Source: an uncultured archaeon
Lineage (GTDB): Archaea > Aenigmatarchaeota > Aenigmatarchaeia > PWEA01 > JAGHBM01
DNA length: 57,198 bases
NCBI GenBank assembly: GCA_964640225.1
Contig: CAZXFI010000002.1
Coordinates: 1 to 57,198, forward strand
Direction of reading: 5' to 3'
Position numbers and translations under genes: made by a program. Shown one piece after another: positions 17,118 to 26,599 of the stretch (the stretch's first letter is position 1; every line of letters starts with the position of its first letter). Below the pieces are notes generated by a model. It ran no database searches. It saw nothing but the letters and a program-made list of their open reading frames with translations, and was not told where the DNA came from.

Positions 17118-19541
17118 TCAGTTTTCAGGCATTTTTATTGCCATGACTTTTGACACGCCGTCCTCCATTGATATCCCGTAGACCTGGTCGGCCATTTTTA
17201 TGGTCACGTCATTGTGGGTTATTACAATAAACTGCGCCCTTTCGGACTGCTTCTTAATGAGCATACCTATCTTCTTTGAGTTAATCTTGTCCAGCGCCGC
17301 ATCCACCTCGTCCAGGACATAAAACGGGGCTGGCTTGTACATCTGCACCGCGAAAAGGAACGCCAGCGCGGTTAGTGTCTTTTCCCCGCCCGACATGGAG
17401 TCTATGCTAAGCATCTTCTTTCCCTTGGGCCTTGCTTTTATTATAAGCCCGGACCTTATGTCTTCAGGCTCCTCAAGCTCCAGGCTTGCGGTGCCCTCTC
17501 CTATTTCCTGGAAAAGCTCCCCGAAGTTCTCGTTTACCGCGTCAAATGCCTTCATAAAGACTTCCCTTCTCCTTGATTCTACCCTTTCAACGGTTTTCAG
17601 TATGGCCTCTTTTTCCTTCACTATTCTCTGGGTTTTTTCGTTCAGGTCGTCGTAAAGCATCTTCATGCTCTCGTAGTCCTCTATGGCCTTCATGTTCACC
17701 GCGCCTATTCTCCTTAGCTTTTCCACCACGGATTTCTTCTGGCTCTGCATTGATTCAATGTCCTGCTCAAGGAAAGTTTCCATGTCCCTGTACTCCTCAA
17801 ACTCCAGCTCAAGGTTCTCTATCTGGGTTTCCAGCCTGGTTTTCTTAATCCTCAGGTCTCCCACCTTTGACTGGTAGGTGAGCTTCTTCTCGTATAGCTT
17901 CTGTCTCTTGCCCCTTATTTCCTCAAGCTCCTCTCCTATCCTGTTTATCTCTCCCTCATACTCCGTGGACTTTATCTCTTTTTCCTCTTCCTGTCTGAGC
18001 TTGCTTATCTTCTCTTCCGCCACGGCAATAAGGTCTTTCAGGTACTCGTTCTCCCCCTCAAGCGCCTTCCTGTCCTCCCTGTACTTGGAGACCTCCTGCA
18101 TCCTTGACTTTTCCTTCCTGTAGCCTCCCGTCATTGCGCCCGATTTCAGTATGAGCTCCCCGTCCAGAGTAACCATCCTGTACCTTCCCATGAGCCTCCT
18201 TGCGTTTTCCAGCCTGTCAACCACGAGCGTGTTGGCGAACACATATTTCATTGCCGGCCCGTAAAGCGGCTCGTATTCAATCAGGTTTACGGCAAAGTCT
18301 ATCACCCCAGGCGCCTCCTTGAGTTTTTCCTGGTGGTGTTTTATTTTGTTGAGCGGAAGGAAAGTTGCCCTGCCGATTCTGTCTTTCTTGAGAAAATCTA
18401 TGCACTCCGCCGCCACACTATCGTCTTTAACCACAATGTCTTTCATGCGACCTCCCGCGGCCACCTCCAGTGCAGTCTGGTATTTCGTGTCAGCGGTGAA
18501 CAAATCAGCCACGCACCCGTAAACCCCGGCCCTCTTTTTCAGCAGGGCGCTTACCTGGTCGTGCTGGGAAAGTCTTTTTATCATTTCCCCAAGCCTCTGT
18601 ATCTCCCTGAGGTTGCTCTCTATCTTGTTCCTGTGCTTGCTTATTTCAGTGTCCAGCCTGTTGTAAGCCTCTGTGTCCCTGTTCCTCTTAAGGGCCTTTG
18701 AGGTGAGTTCTTTCATCTTTTTCTGCCTTTCCTCCATGGAAGAGTCGTAGCCGCCGAATTCATTGTCCGTTTCCCGGAACTCCTTTTCCGTTTTTTCCAG
18801 CGCTTCCTTCACTGTCTTCAAATTTTCCTGTGCCATTGAAAGCTTCTTGTATATAATGGAGCCTGACAGGGCTTTCATCTGCTCGTCCAGAGTTTTGTAC
18901 TCCCTGGCAAGTTTCTCCTCCCTTTCCAACTTTTTCAGCACGTTCCTCTTCTCGTTGAGCCTTATGTCCGCCTCCTTCAGCTTGGCGTCAACCTTGGCCA
19001 GTTCGTTCTCCGCCTTAGTTTTCTTGTCCTCAAACTCCGCTATGCCCGATATCTCATCTATTATCTCCTTTCTCTGAAGGGGGGTCATCTCTATCAGGTT
19101 CGTGACGTCTCCCTGCATTATTATGTTGTGCCCGTCGGCGTATATCCCCGAGCTGGCAAGTATGTCCACTATTTTTCTCCTGTTCACGGTGCTGCCGTTC
19201 AGCTTGTATATACAGACGCCGTTCTTGTTGACCTTCCTGGTTATTTTTAAAAAATCCTCGCCTGCTATGTCACCCTGCTCGTTGTTAAGGTAAAGATTCA
19301 CCACGCCATACTTGGCGCCCGCCCTTTTCTTCCCACCGTTGAAAATAAGATGCTCCAGCCTTTCGGCCCTTATGGTCTTGGCGGACCTTATTCCCAGAAC
19401 GAAGCAGAGAGAATCAACTACGTTTGACTTCCCGGAGCCGTTGGCCCCGCATATTACGTTAAAGCCTGAAGGAAAGGGCATTGCTGTCTTGTTTGCAAAG
19501 GACTTGAATCCCTGCATTGATAGTTTTTCTATCCTTACCAT
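17118..19541 (-). CDS. smc: Chromosome segregation protein Smc (short-armed, 807 aa)
   Basis: FKSF, GANGSGKSN, hinge (GRATFLPL, VTLDG..GAMTGG), SGGEK, VLDEVDAALD, ITHN. Confidence 0.95.
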   Translation of the reverse strand: MVRIEKLSMQGFKSFANKTAMPFPSGFNVICGANGSGKSNVVDSLCFVLGIRSAKTIRAERLEHLIFNGGKKRAGAKYGVVNLYLNNEQGDIAGEDFLKITRKVNKNGVCIYKLNGSTVNRRKIVDILASSGIYADGHNIIMQGDVTNLIEMTPLQRKEIIDEISGIAEFEDKKTKAENELAKVDAKLKEADIRLNEKRNVLKKLEREEKLAREYKTLDEQMKALSGSIIYKKLSMAQENLKTVKEALEKTEKEFRETDNEFGGYDSSMEERQKKMKELTSKALKRNRDTEAYNRLDTEISKHRNKIESNLREIQRLGEMIKRLSQHDQVSALLKKRAGVYGCVADLFTADTKYQTALEVAAGGRMKDIVVKDDSVAAECIDFLKKDRIGRATFLPLNKIKHHQEKLKEAPGVIDFAVNLIEYEPLYGPAMKYVFANTLVVDRLENARRLMGRYRMVTLDGELILKSGAMTGGYRKEKSRMQEVSKYREDRKALEGENEYLKDLIAVAEEKISKLRQEEEKEIKSTEYEGEINRIGEELEEIRGKRQKLYEKKLTYQSKVGDLRIKKTRLETQIENLELEFEEYRDMETFLEQDIESMQSQKKSVVEKLRRIGAVNMKAIEDYESMKMLYDDLNEKTQRIVKEKEAILKTVERVESRRREVFMKAFDAVNENFGELFQEIGEGTASLELEEPEDIRSGLIIKARPKGKKMLSIDSMSGGEKTLTALAFLFAVQMYKPAPFYVLDEVDAALDKINSKKIGMLIKKQSERAQFIVITHNDVTIKMADQVYGISMEDGVSKVMAIKMPEN

Positions 19542-19596
19542 AATTATACCTCACCGGCACCCCCTTTATATATGGAGCCGAGAACTTTAAATTTTT

Positions 19597-20202
19597 TCAG
19601 CACTTTTCAAGGCTCTCCAGAAGTTTCTTCCTAATTTTTCTTCCTATTTTCTGAGCTCCAGGCCAATCGGGCGCGTGCTGCTTCCCGTAATGGTTGCAGT
19701 AAGTGAACTGGGAGATGTTATCCCTGTCCGGAACGCGCGGCTCTTCCCTCGGGTATCCCACGGTTATGAGCGCCACGGGCCTTATTATATCCAGGCATTT
19801 TAGTATTTTCCTGACCTCGCCTTCCTCAAAGGCACCCACGCAGCAGGAGCCGAGACCCAGAGAGTGCGCGGCCAGCATTATGTTCTCCGCTGCCATACCC
19901 ATGGTCTGCAGGGCGTAAAGTTCGCCCCTTTCGCCGTAAGTTCCTTTTGCTATGTTCTCGTTAAGGCACATCGCAAGTATCAGAGGGGCGGTTTTCATCC
20001 ACATCTGGTCCAGGGACGCGCAGGCAAGCTTTTCTATGATTTCGGGGTTGTCCACAATCACGATTTCCCATGGCTGGCGGTTGCCGGCGGAGGGGGACCA
20101 TCTGCAGGCCTCAAGTAGCATACCCACCTTTTCCTGCTCCACGGGCCTGTTCTCGTACTTCCTCACGCTCCTTCTTCCCTGTATTGCCTCAAAAATATCC
20201 AT
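19597..20202 (-). CDS. Nitroreductase family protein
   Basis: RRSVRKY, WSPSAGNRQPW, ENIMLAAHSLGLGSC. Confidence 0.92.
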   Translation of the reverse strand: MDIFEAIQGRRSVRKYENRPVEQEKVGMLLEACRWSPSAGNRQPWEIVIVDNPEIIEKLACASLDQMWMKTAPLILAMCLNENIAKGTYGERGELYALQTMGMAAENIMLAAHSLGLGSCCVGAFEEGEVRKILKCLDIIRPVALITVGYPREEPRVPDRDNISQFTYCNHYGKQHAPDWPGAQKIGRKIRKKLLESLEKC

Positions 20203-20267
20203 ATTATCACTAAGTCCTTGAAAGTTATAAATAGTTTTTTTTATTTCTTAAAAGTTTAATATTTCTT

Positions 20268-22997
20268 ATGAAGTATTCCGAGCTGACCCGGACCTACGAG
20301 AGGCTGGAGAGCACCCAGTCAAAGCTGGAAAAAGCGGACATACTCGCAGAACTTTTCAGGAAGGCCAACGACCGGGACTTGCCGAAGCTAGTTCTCCTGG
20401 CTTCGGGCCGCGTGTTCCCGTCCTATTCCAAGGAGGTTATAGGAATAGCCTCAAAGCTTATGGTAAAGGCCATAGCAAAGGCCGCTGGGTTCTCGCTGAA
20501 AGAGGTTGAGGGCAAGTTCAAGGAAACAGGGGACCTCGGGCTTACGGCGGCTTATTTCGTTGGCTCAAGGAAACAGCAGACGCTTTTCAAAAAGGACCTT
20601 GACACGGACAAGGTTTTTGAAAACCTTAGAAAACTGCCGGGCATAACCGGTTTGCGCTCGCAGGAAAAGAAGATGAACCTGATAGCGGAGCTTTTCGCCT
20701 CCGCCGGCCCGAAAGAATCCGTTTACATAACACGCACCATTCTGGAGGAGATGAGGGTGGGAGTTGCAAGGGGCATAATAAGGGATTCAATTGTCAAAGC
20801 TTTCCTTGAGCCGGAGGACAAGGAGAAAAAGAAAGAGCTTACGGAGGCGGTGGAGTACGCCTTCAACATCACGTCCGATTTCAGCAGGGTAATTGTTATA
20901 GCCAAGGAGAAAGGAGAAAAAGGCCTGAAGAGCGTCAAGGTGCATCCCGGCCGGCCCCACCACCTGATGCTCGGGGAAAAGGCCGAATCCATAAAGGAGA
21001 TAACGGACAAGTTCGGAAAGGTTGCCGTTGAGTACAAGTACGATGGCATGAGATGCGTTTCAGGTTTCACCTACATATATGTGAAGAATAAAGGCATGTT
21101 CCCGGTCAGGGATGTTAAAGTTGGTGATGAGGTTCTGACACATAAAGGAAGGTTCAGGAAAGTTATTGCTAAAAACAAGAGAAAATTGGACAAAGGAGAA
21201 AAAATATTTAGATTTTCTACATATCTTGGCAATGAATTTAAAATTACGGAAGGACACGAAATTTTAGTAAATACAAAAAGTAAAATTAAATGGGTTCCAG
21301 TAGAAAAGGTTCCCAAAGGAGCCGAAGCGGTATTTTCCATACCGCGGATTAAAAACAAAGAAAAAGTTCCAAACAAAATGGTGCTCAGTACCATAGGCAA
21401 TTACAAAAAAGAAATTAAATTAAATGAAGATTTTTTCCGTTTCATGGGCTGTTGGGTAGGCGATGGGTATTCCAACGAATATAACAATACACACAGGCTG
21501 GGAATAGTTTTCAACCAAAACAAAAGAAAAAAAATAGAGTATTACAAGAACATAATCATAAAAAAATTGGGTATATTAAAAGACAAAGTTTCTGAACATA
21601 CGCATAACGGTGGCACGAGCGTTTACTGGACAGACACGCCTTTACTTAAATGGATTTCAGCTAATTTCAGAAAAGAAGGCGGAAAAGGATGTAGAGACAA
21701 AAAACTGCCCTCTTGGTTTTGGAATATCTCTGAAAACCAATTTAAGGCCTTTTTAAAGGGATGGAAAGATGCCGATGGATATGAAGATAAAACAGGAATA
21801 GCTTCCATAATGACCAAAGAAAAGCAATTGGCTTCTCTCACCCAACTAATAGCCCTGAAATTTGGCATAATACTGGGCGTTAGAAAGGTTAGGGTAAATG
21901 ATAAAAACTATTATAAAATCATTTTTACCAAATCAAGCAAACATGCCCGCATAAAAAATAATACACTTTTTGTCAGAATCCTGAAAAAGGAGAAAATAAA
22001 ATATCCTGACCCGAGAACAATAGTTTATAATCTTCAGGTTAAAGACGATGAAAGTTATTGTACAACCATAGCTTCCTTGCATAATTGCGAAATTCACAAG
22101 AAGAACGACAAAATATGGGTTTTCACAAGAAGGCTGGACGACGTTAGCAGGCAGTTTCCGGACCTTGTGGAGCTGTGCAAAAAGGGGCTTAAGCCAGCAG
22201 AGTGCGTGGTGGAAGGCGAAGTGCTGTCCGTGGACGAAAAAGGCTACCCCAAGCCCTTCCAGAGCCTGTCGCAGAGAATACAGAGAAAATACGACATAAA
22301 GGAGATAGTAAAGAAAATACCCATACAGATAAACCTTTTTGACATAACCTACCTTAACGGGAAAATGCTTTTTGACAAGACCTTCAGCGAAAGGAGAAGG
22401 TTGCTGGAAAAATCCGTCAAATCCCGGGAAGGGAAACTGCAGCTGGCCAGGCAGATAGTCACCGATGACCCGAAAAAAGCGGGCAAATTCTACAAGGAGG
22501 CCCTCAAGGCAAGGCAGGAGGGGGTTTTTCTCAAGGTTCCCGGTTCAAAATACGTTTTCGGCAGGCACGTCAACGGCTGGTACAAGATAAAGCCCATAAT
22601 GGAGACTCTTGACCTGGTTATCGTGGCGGCCACATGGGGCGAGGGCAAGCGCTCAAAGTGGTTGAGCTCCTACGTGCTGGCCTGCAGGGACCCCGATACA
22701 GACGAGTTCCTCCCCTGCGGCATGATGGGCACGGGTCTCACGGAGGAGATGTTCCAGACCATGACGGACACTCTAGAACCCATGGTAACGGAGGAAAAAG
22801 GCAAGAACGTGAAGGTAAGGCCGAAAGTAGTCGTGGAGGTGGCCTACCAGGAGATACAGAAGTCCCCAACCTACAGGGCAGGCTACGCCCTGCGGTTCCC
22901 GAGGCTCCTTAAAATCAGGGAAGACAAGGGTCCCGAGGAGGCGGACACCCTGGAAAGGCTTGAAAAGCTTTACAAGACCCAGGGAAGAGGGGGCTGA
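20268..22997 (+). CDS. lig: ATP-dependent DNA ligase (precursor containing an intein; about 565 aa after splicing)
   Basis: Motif I EYKYDG, VVEGE, FDITY, EGVFLK, WYKIK, LRFPR. Confidence 0.96.
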   Translation: MKYSELTRTYERLESTQSKLEKADILAELFRKANDRDLPKLVLLASGRVFPSYSKEVIGIASKLMVKAIAKAAGFSLKEVEGKFKETGDLGLTAAYFVGSRKQQTLFKKDLDTDKVFENLRKLPGITGLRSQEKKMNLIAELFASAGPKESVYITRTILEEMRVGVARGIIRDSIVKAFLEPEDKEKKKELTEAVEYAFNITSDFSRVIVIAKEKGEKGLKSVKVHPGRPHHLMLGEKAESIKEITDKFGKVAVEYKYDGMRCVSGFTYIYVKNKGMFPVRDVKVGDEVLTHKGRFRKVIAKNKRKLDKGEKIFRFSTYLGNEFKITEGHEILVNTKSKIKWVPVEKVPKGAEAVFSIPRIKNKEKVPNKMVLSTIGNYKKEIKLNEDFFRFMGCWVGDGYSNEYNNTHRLGIVFNQNKRKKIEYYKNIIIKKLGILKDKVSEHTHNGGTSVYWTDTPLLKWISANFRKEGGKGCRDKKLPSWFWNISENQFKAFLKGWKDADGYEDKTGIASIMTKEKQLASLTQLIALKFGIILGVRKVRVNDKNYYKIIFTKSSKHARIKNNTLFVRILKKEKIKYPDPRTIVYNLQVKDDESYCTTIASLHNCEIHKKNDKIWVFTRRLDDVSRQFPDLVELCKKGLKPAECVVEGEVLSVDEKGYPKPFQSLSQRIQRKYDIKEIVKKIPIQINLFDITYLNGKMLFDKTFSERRRLLEKSVKSREGKLQLARQIVTDDPKKAGKFYKEALKARQEGVFLKVPGSKYVFGRHVNGWYKIKPIMETLDLVIVAATWGEGKRSKWLSSYVLACRDPDTDEFLPCGMMGTGLTEEMFQTMTDTLEPMVTEEKGKNVKVRPKVVVEVAYQEIQKSPTYRAGYALRFPRLLKIREDKGPEEADTLERLEKLYKTQGRGG
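21054..22085 (+). mobile_element. Intein (344 aa) with LAGLIDADG homing endonuclease
   Basis: Starts CVSG, contains VGDEVLTH and ITEGHEIL, blocks GCWVGDG and FLKGWKDADG, ends VYNLQV...LHN followed by Cys+1. DNA is visibly more AT-rich than the flanks. Confidence 0.93.
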
Positions 22998-23142
22998 TTT
23001 TACGCTTGTAAAACCTCCAAAATTAAGAAAAAGTTTAAATACTTAAGAATCTCACTTTAGGTAAAGTTTAGCACTTATCAGTGACACAACACCAATAACT
23101 ATATAAATATAGAATTGAAATATTTTTTCAGGTAGATAAAAA

Positions 23143-23961
23143 ATGGTAGAAGCTTTGGTAAACCAGGAAGTAATGGACACGCTAAAATCTTTGGGGCTTA
23201 ACTCTTACGAAAGAAAGCTCTACGTGACCTTGATAGGAAAGGGAACTTCAAACGCAGGGACTTTGTCTGAATTATCGGGGGTGCCCAGGTCAAGGACTTA
23301 CGACGTTCTGGAAAGCCTGGCCGACAAGGGTTTCGTGGTGATACAGTCCAGCAAGCCCTTGAAGTATGTGGCAATAGATCCAAAGGAGGCTCTGGAAAGG
23401 CTGAAAACAAACCACGAAAGCAATTACAAGGACATGGTAAAGAGAATAGAAAATGTAAAGAAAGGCAGGCATCTTGACGAGCTGCAGAAGCTTTTCAAGA
23501 ACGGCCTAAAGACGGTGGATCCAACCGAGCTTACAGGCGCCCTGAAAGGAAGAAGTTCCATGAATCAGCAGATGCAGGCTCTTTTAAGGAGTTCGGAAAA
23601 AAGCTTTTCTCTCCTGACATCATATGAAGGACTGAATGAGTTTTTTGAAAACCATTCAAAACTTGTGGAAAGCGCCGCTAAGAGGGGGGTGAAAATAAGG
23701 ATTGCCGCTCCCTTTGAAAAGGCTCCCGACGACATGGTGAAAGGCCTGAGATCTTTCGCGGACTTGAGGGACACCAAGGAAATGGATATATCGGGAAGAG
23801 TTGCCCTGGCAGACGGAAAGGAGCTTATACTCGCCCTTACAAGAGACAGCGACACGCACCCGACCCAGGATCTGCATTTTTGGTCTCACAGCAGCCACGC
23901 CACGGGGGAGGTTCTGGAGCCCCTGTTTGAAATAGTATGGAAGAATTCTTCCAAAATATAA
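23143..23961 (+). CDS. trmB: TrmB-family transcriptional regulator
   Basis: LGLNSYERKLY...LSELSGVPRSRTYDVLESLADKG...PLKY, with a C-terminal PLD-like effector domain. Confidence 0.88.
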   Translation: MVEALVNQEVMDTLKSLGLNSYERKLYVTLIGKGTSNAGTLSELSGVPRSRTYDVLESLADKGFVVIQSSKPLKYVAIDPKEALERLKTNHESNYKDMVKRIENVKKGRHLDELQKLFKNGLKTVDPTELTGALKGRSSMNQQMQALLRSSEKSFSLLTSYEGLNEFFENHSKLVESAAKRGVKIRIAAPFEKAPDDMVKGLRSFADLRDTKEMDISGRVALADGKELILALTRDSDTHPTQDLHFWSHSSHATGEVLEPLFEIVWKNSSKI

Positions 23962-24016
23962 GCTATTCCAACCTGTTTTCAGGTATTTTTATATTTCTTT
24001 TTAGAAAATAGTCTTT

Positions 24017-24484
24017 ATGATTGTTCCTGAGATTAACCAGATACTTGTCCTGGGGTTGATAACCATAGTTCCCTGGATAGAGCTCAGGGGATCCATCCCC
24101 TACGGTATAGGAATGGGCCTGGATTCCTGGTTCGTTTTTCTTTTTACTCTTGCCCTAAATATAGCAATAATACCCCTGATATACTGGGGTCTTGAGATTT
24201 TCTACAATAGGGTTTTCTCCAGATTCAGGGTTTGCAGGACTCTGGTGGAGAGAGTGAGGAACAGGGGGGAGAAATACATAAAGAAATACGGGATGCCCGG
24301 GCTGATAATATTCGTGGGAATACCTCTGCCGGGTACAGGAGCCTACTCAGGGGCCATCCTGGCATGGCTTCTGGGAATGAGAAAGCGCAGGGCTTTTGTA
24401 TCCATAGCTCTGGGAGTTGGCATAGCGGCTCTTGTGGTTACCCTTTTCTCTGTGGGCCTGTTCAGCTCAGTTTTCTCCTTATAA
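24017..24484 (+). CDS. Small multidrug export-type membrane protein (COG2426-like)
   Basis: PWIELRGSIPYG and FVGIPLPGTGAYSG motifs. Confidence 0.8.
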   Translation: MIVPEINQILVLGLITIVPWIELRGSIPYGIGMGLDSWFVFLFTLALNIAIIPLIYWGLEIFYNRVFSRFRVCRTLVERVRNRGEKYIKKYGMPGLIIFVGIPLPGTGAYSGAILAWLLGMRKRRAFVSIALGVGIAALVVTLFSVGLFSSVFSL

Positions 24485-25664
24485 GCTTTCCCAGCCTCCT
24501 TATACCCTCTTCTATTCTTGATTCGTTTTCGTAGCTGAAGTTAAGCCTCATGGAATTGCGCCCCGAGCCGTCCACGCAGAAGGCGGCGCCGTGTACGTAA
24601 CATATCTTGTACTTCTTCACGGCATCCGCAAACATTTCCTTGGTGTCAATCTTATCCGGGACCGTGGCCCACAGAAACATGCCACCCTCAGGCTTTGTCC
24701 AGGTGCAGCCTCCGGGAAGGTACCTCTCCAGGGCGTCCAGCATGACATCCCGCCTCTTCCTGTATAATTTTCTTGTCTTGGGAAGCTGCCTATCCATCCA
24801 TCCCGATTCAATGTATTCGCTGGCCATGTACTGCGAGAAAACATTGGTGCAAAGGTCCGTTCCCTGTTTCGCAATCGTTATTTTCCTTGCCAGCTCTTTT
24901 TCCGCCACAATCCATCCCAGCCTGAACCCGGGCGCAAATATCTTTGAGAAGGAGCTTATGTACATGACAAGTCCCTGGCTGTCCAGGCTTTTTATGCTTT
25001 TCAAGGCCTTCCCTGAATACCTGAGTTCCGCGTAGGGGTCGTCCTCCATTACAGGTATGCTGTATTTTTCCGCGATTTCAGCCAGATGCTTTCTCCTTTT
25101 CCTGGACATTGACACGCCGGCGGGGTTGTGGAAATTCGGTATGGCGTAAATAAGCTTGACCCTTTCCCTTTTCTTGCCCATCTTCCTGAGTTTTTCTTCA
25201 AGTTCCCCTGTTTTCATGCCGTGCTGGTCCATTCCCACGGTCAGGAAGCGGGACTGGTAGTTCCGGAAACTGCATATACCGCCAAGGTAACTGGGAACCT
25301 CCAGGGCAACAAAGTCCCTGGGGTTGACGAATATCTTGGTCACGAGGTCCAGTGCCTCCTGGGCCCCGTTGGTCATTATAACGTTTTCCTTCCTGCACTT
25401 GACCCCGAATTTTTTCATTCTCTTGGCAAGCGTTTCCCTCGCTTCGTTAATCCCCTCCGTGGCTCCGTACTGAAGCGGGGAAGTGGAGTACTTCTTGAGA
25501 ATCTTGGAGCAAAGCTTCTTTATCCTGCTGACAGGAAAGGTCTTGGAGCTGGGCAGACCGCCCGCAAAGGAAATTATTTCCGGGTCCTTCCCCAGCTTGA
25601 GAAGCTCTCTTATTTCCGAGGCTCTCATGTCATCGGTCCTTTCTGCAAACCTCATCGTTATCAC
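24462..25664 (-). CDS. PLP-dependent aminotransferase, class I (MocR/ARO8/LysN-like)
   Basis: ISFAGGLP, PNFHNPAG, EDDPY, SFSKIFAPGFRLGW, MRLNFS. Confidence 0.92.
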   Translation of the reverse strand: MITMRFAERTDDMRASEIRELLKLGKDPEIISFAGGLPSSKTFPVSRIKKLCSKILKKYSTSPLQYGATEGINEARETLAKRMKKFGVKCRKENVIMTNGAQEALDLVTKIFVNPRDFVALEVPSYLGGICSFRNYQSRFLTVGMDQHGMKTGELEEKLRKMGKKRERVKLIYAIPNFHNPAGVSMSRKRRKHLAEIAEKYSIPVMEDDPYAELRYSGKALKSIKSLDSQGLVMYISSFSKIFAPGFRLGWIVAEKELARKITIAKQGTDLCTNVFSQYMASEYIESGWMDRQLPKTRKLYRKRRDVMLDALERYLPGGCTWTKPEGGMFLWATVPDKIDTKEMFADAVKKYKICYVHGAAFCVDGSGRNSMRLNFSYENESRIEEGIRRLGKLIRRKLS

Positions 25665-26125
25665 TTCCTTTTGCGGCCTTTAAAAATCTCAGCCTCCAGC
25701 TCTCGTTCCACCTTGCCAAATCTCAGTATAAAGAAAGACAAAAGAGCGGCCGCGGAAGAGAGAGCGTAGCCTCCCATTCCCGTAATCAGGCCTATCGCAG
25801 CCACAATCCAGAGGCTTGCGGCGGTCGTGACCCCGCTAACGTGGCCCCTGTTAGCTATAATCGCGCCGGCCCCTATGAATCCTATACCCGTGACTATTCC
25901 CGCGGCTATCCTTGAATAGTCCGCATTGAGAAGAACCGAGCCCTCTGGTACCATGTAGAAAGAGGCTATGGCGAAGAGGCAGGCCCCCATGGAAACAAGC
26001 GCGTGGGTTCTCAGCCCGGCTGGTTTTTTTGTTATTTCCCTCTCAAACCCCACAAGCGCGCCCAGAATTACCGAGAAAACAAGCCTTAAAAAAATTTCCA
26101 CCATCATGGGGTCCAGATTAGTCAT
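25661..26125 (-). CDS. MgtC/SapB family membrane protein
   Basis: GFERE...PAGLRTH, RIAAGIVTGIGFIGAG, TTAASLW. Confidence 0.9.
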   Translation of the reverse strand: MTNLDPMMVEIFLRLVFSVILGALVGFEREITKKPAGLRTHALVSMGACLFAIASFYMVPEGSVLLNADYSRIAAGIVTGIGFIGAGAIIANRGHVSGVTTAASLWIVAAIGLITGMGGYALSSAAALLSFFILRFGKVERELEAEIFKGRKRK

Positions 26126-26200
26126 GATAATAATAAAGAAGCGTGATTTAAAAAGATTTTTTGAACAGGAAACATCCACCGAAAGCTTTAAATAGTATTA

Positions 26201-26265
26201 TGAATATATATTCAATATTAGTAATGAATTCATATTCAAAAAGGTTCTTGAGACTGAAGTCTCAA
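26201..26265. promoter_or_regulatory. Paired TGAAT-N4-ATTCA operators and a TTGAGAC-N4-GTCTCAA inverted repeat
   Basis: TGAATATATATTCA (26201-26214), TGAATTCATATTCA (26225-26238), IR at 26248-26265, all upstream of the DUF5320 operon. Confidence 0.6.
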
Positions 26266-26299
26266 ACTTTTTTGTAAAAACAAAAAAGAGGTGAAAAAA

Positions 26300-26599
26300 A
26301 TGCCAAGAGGAGACGAAACAGGCCCTGACGGGGCAGGCCCCATGACCGGAAGAGGAGCGGGCTACTGCGCTGGTTATGAGAGCCCTGGATTCACGAGGGG
26401 GGTGCCGGGAGGCGGTGCCGGTTTTGGCAGGGGCTTCGGAAGAGGCTTCAGGTTCAGGAGACTCTGGAGAGCGGCTCCCGCATACCCCGCGCAACCTCTG
26501 ACCAAAGAGGAGCAGAAAAAAGCGCTGGAGCAGGAAAGGAAGATAATAGAGGAAGAACTGAAGGCCGTTAACGAAAAAATAGAAGAGCTGAGCAAATGA
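26300..26599 (+). CDS. DUF5320-family Gly/Arg-rich protein
   Basis: MPRGDETGPDGAGPMTGRGAGYCAG, GRG repeats and a C-terminal coiled coil. Confidence 0.85.
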   Translation: MPRGDETGPDGAGPMTGRGAGYCAGYESPGFTRGVPGGGAGFGRGFGRGFRFRRLWRAAPAYPAQPLTKEEQKKALEQERKIIEEELKAVNEKIEELSK

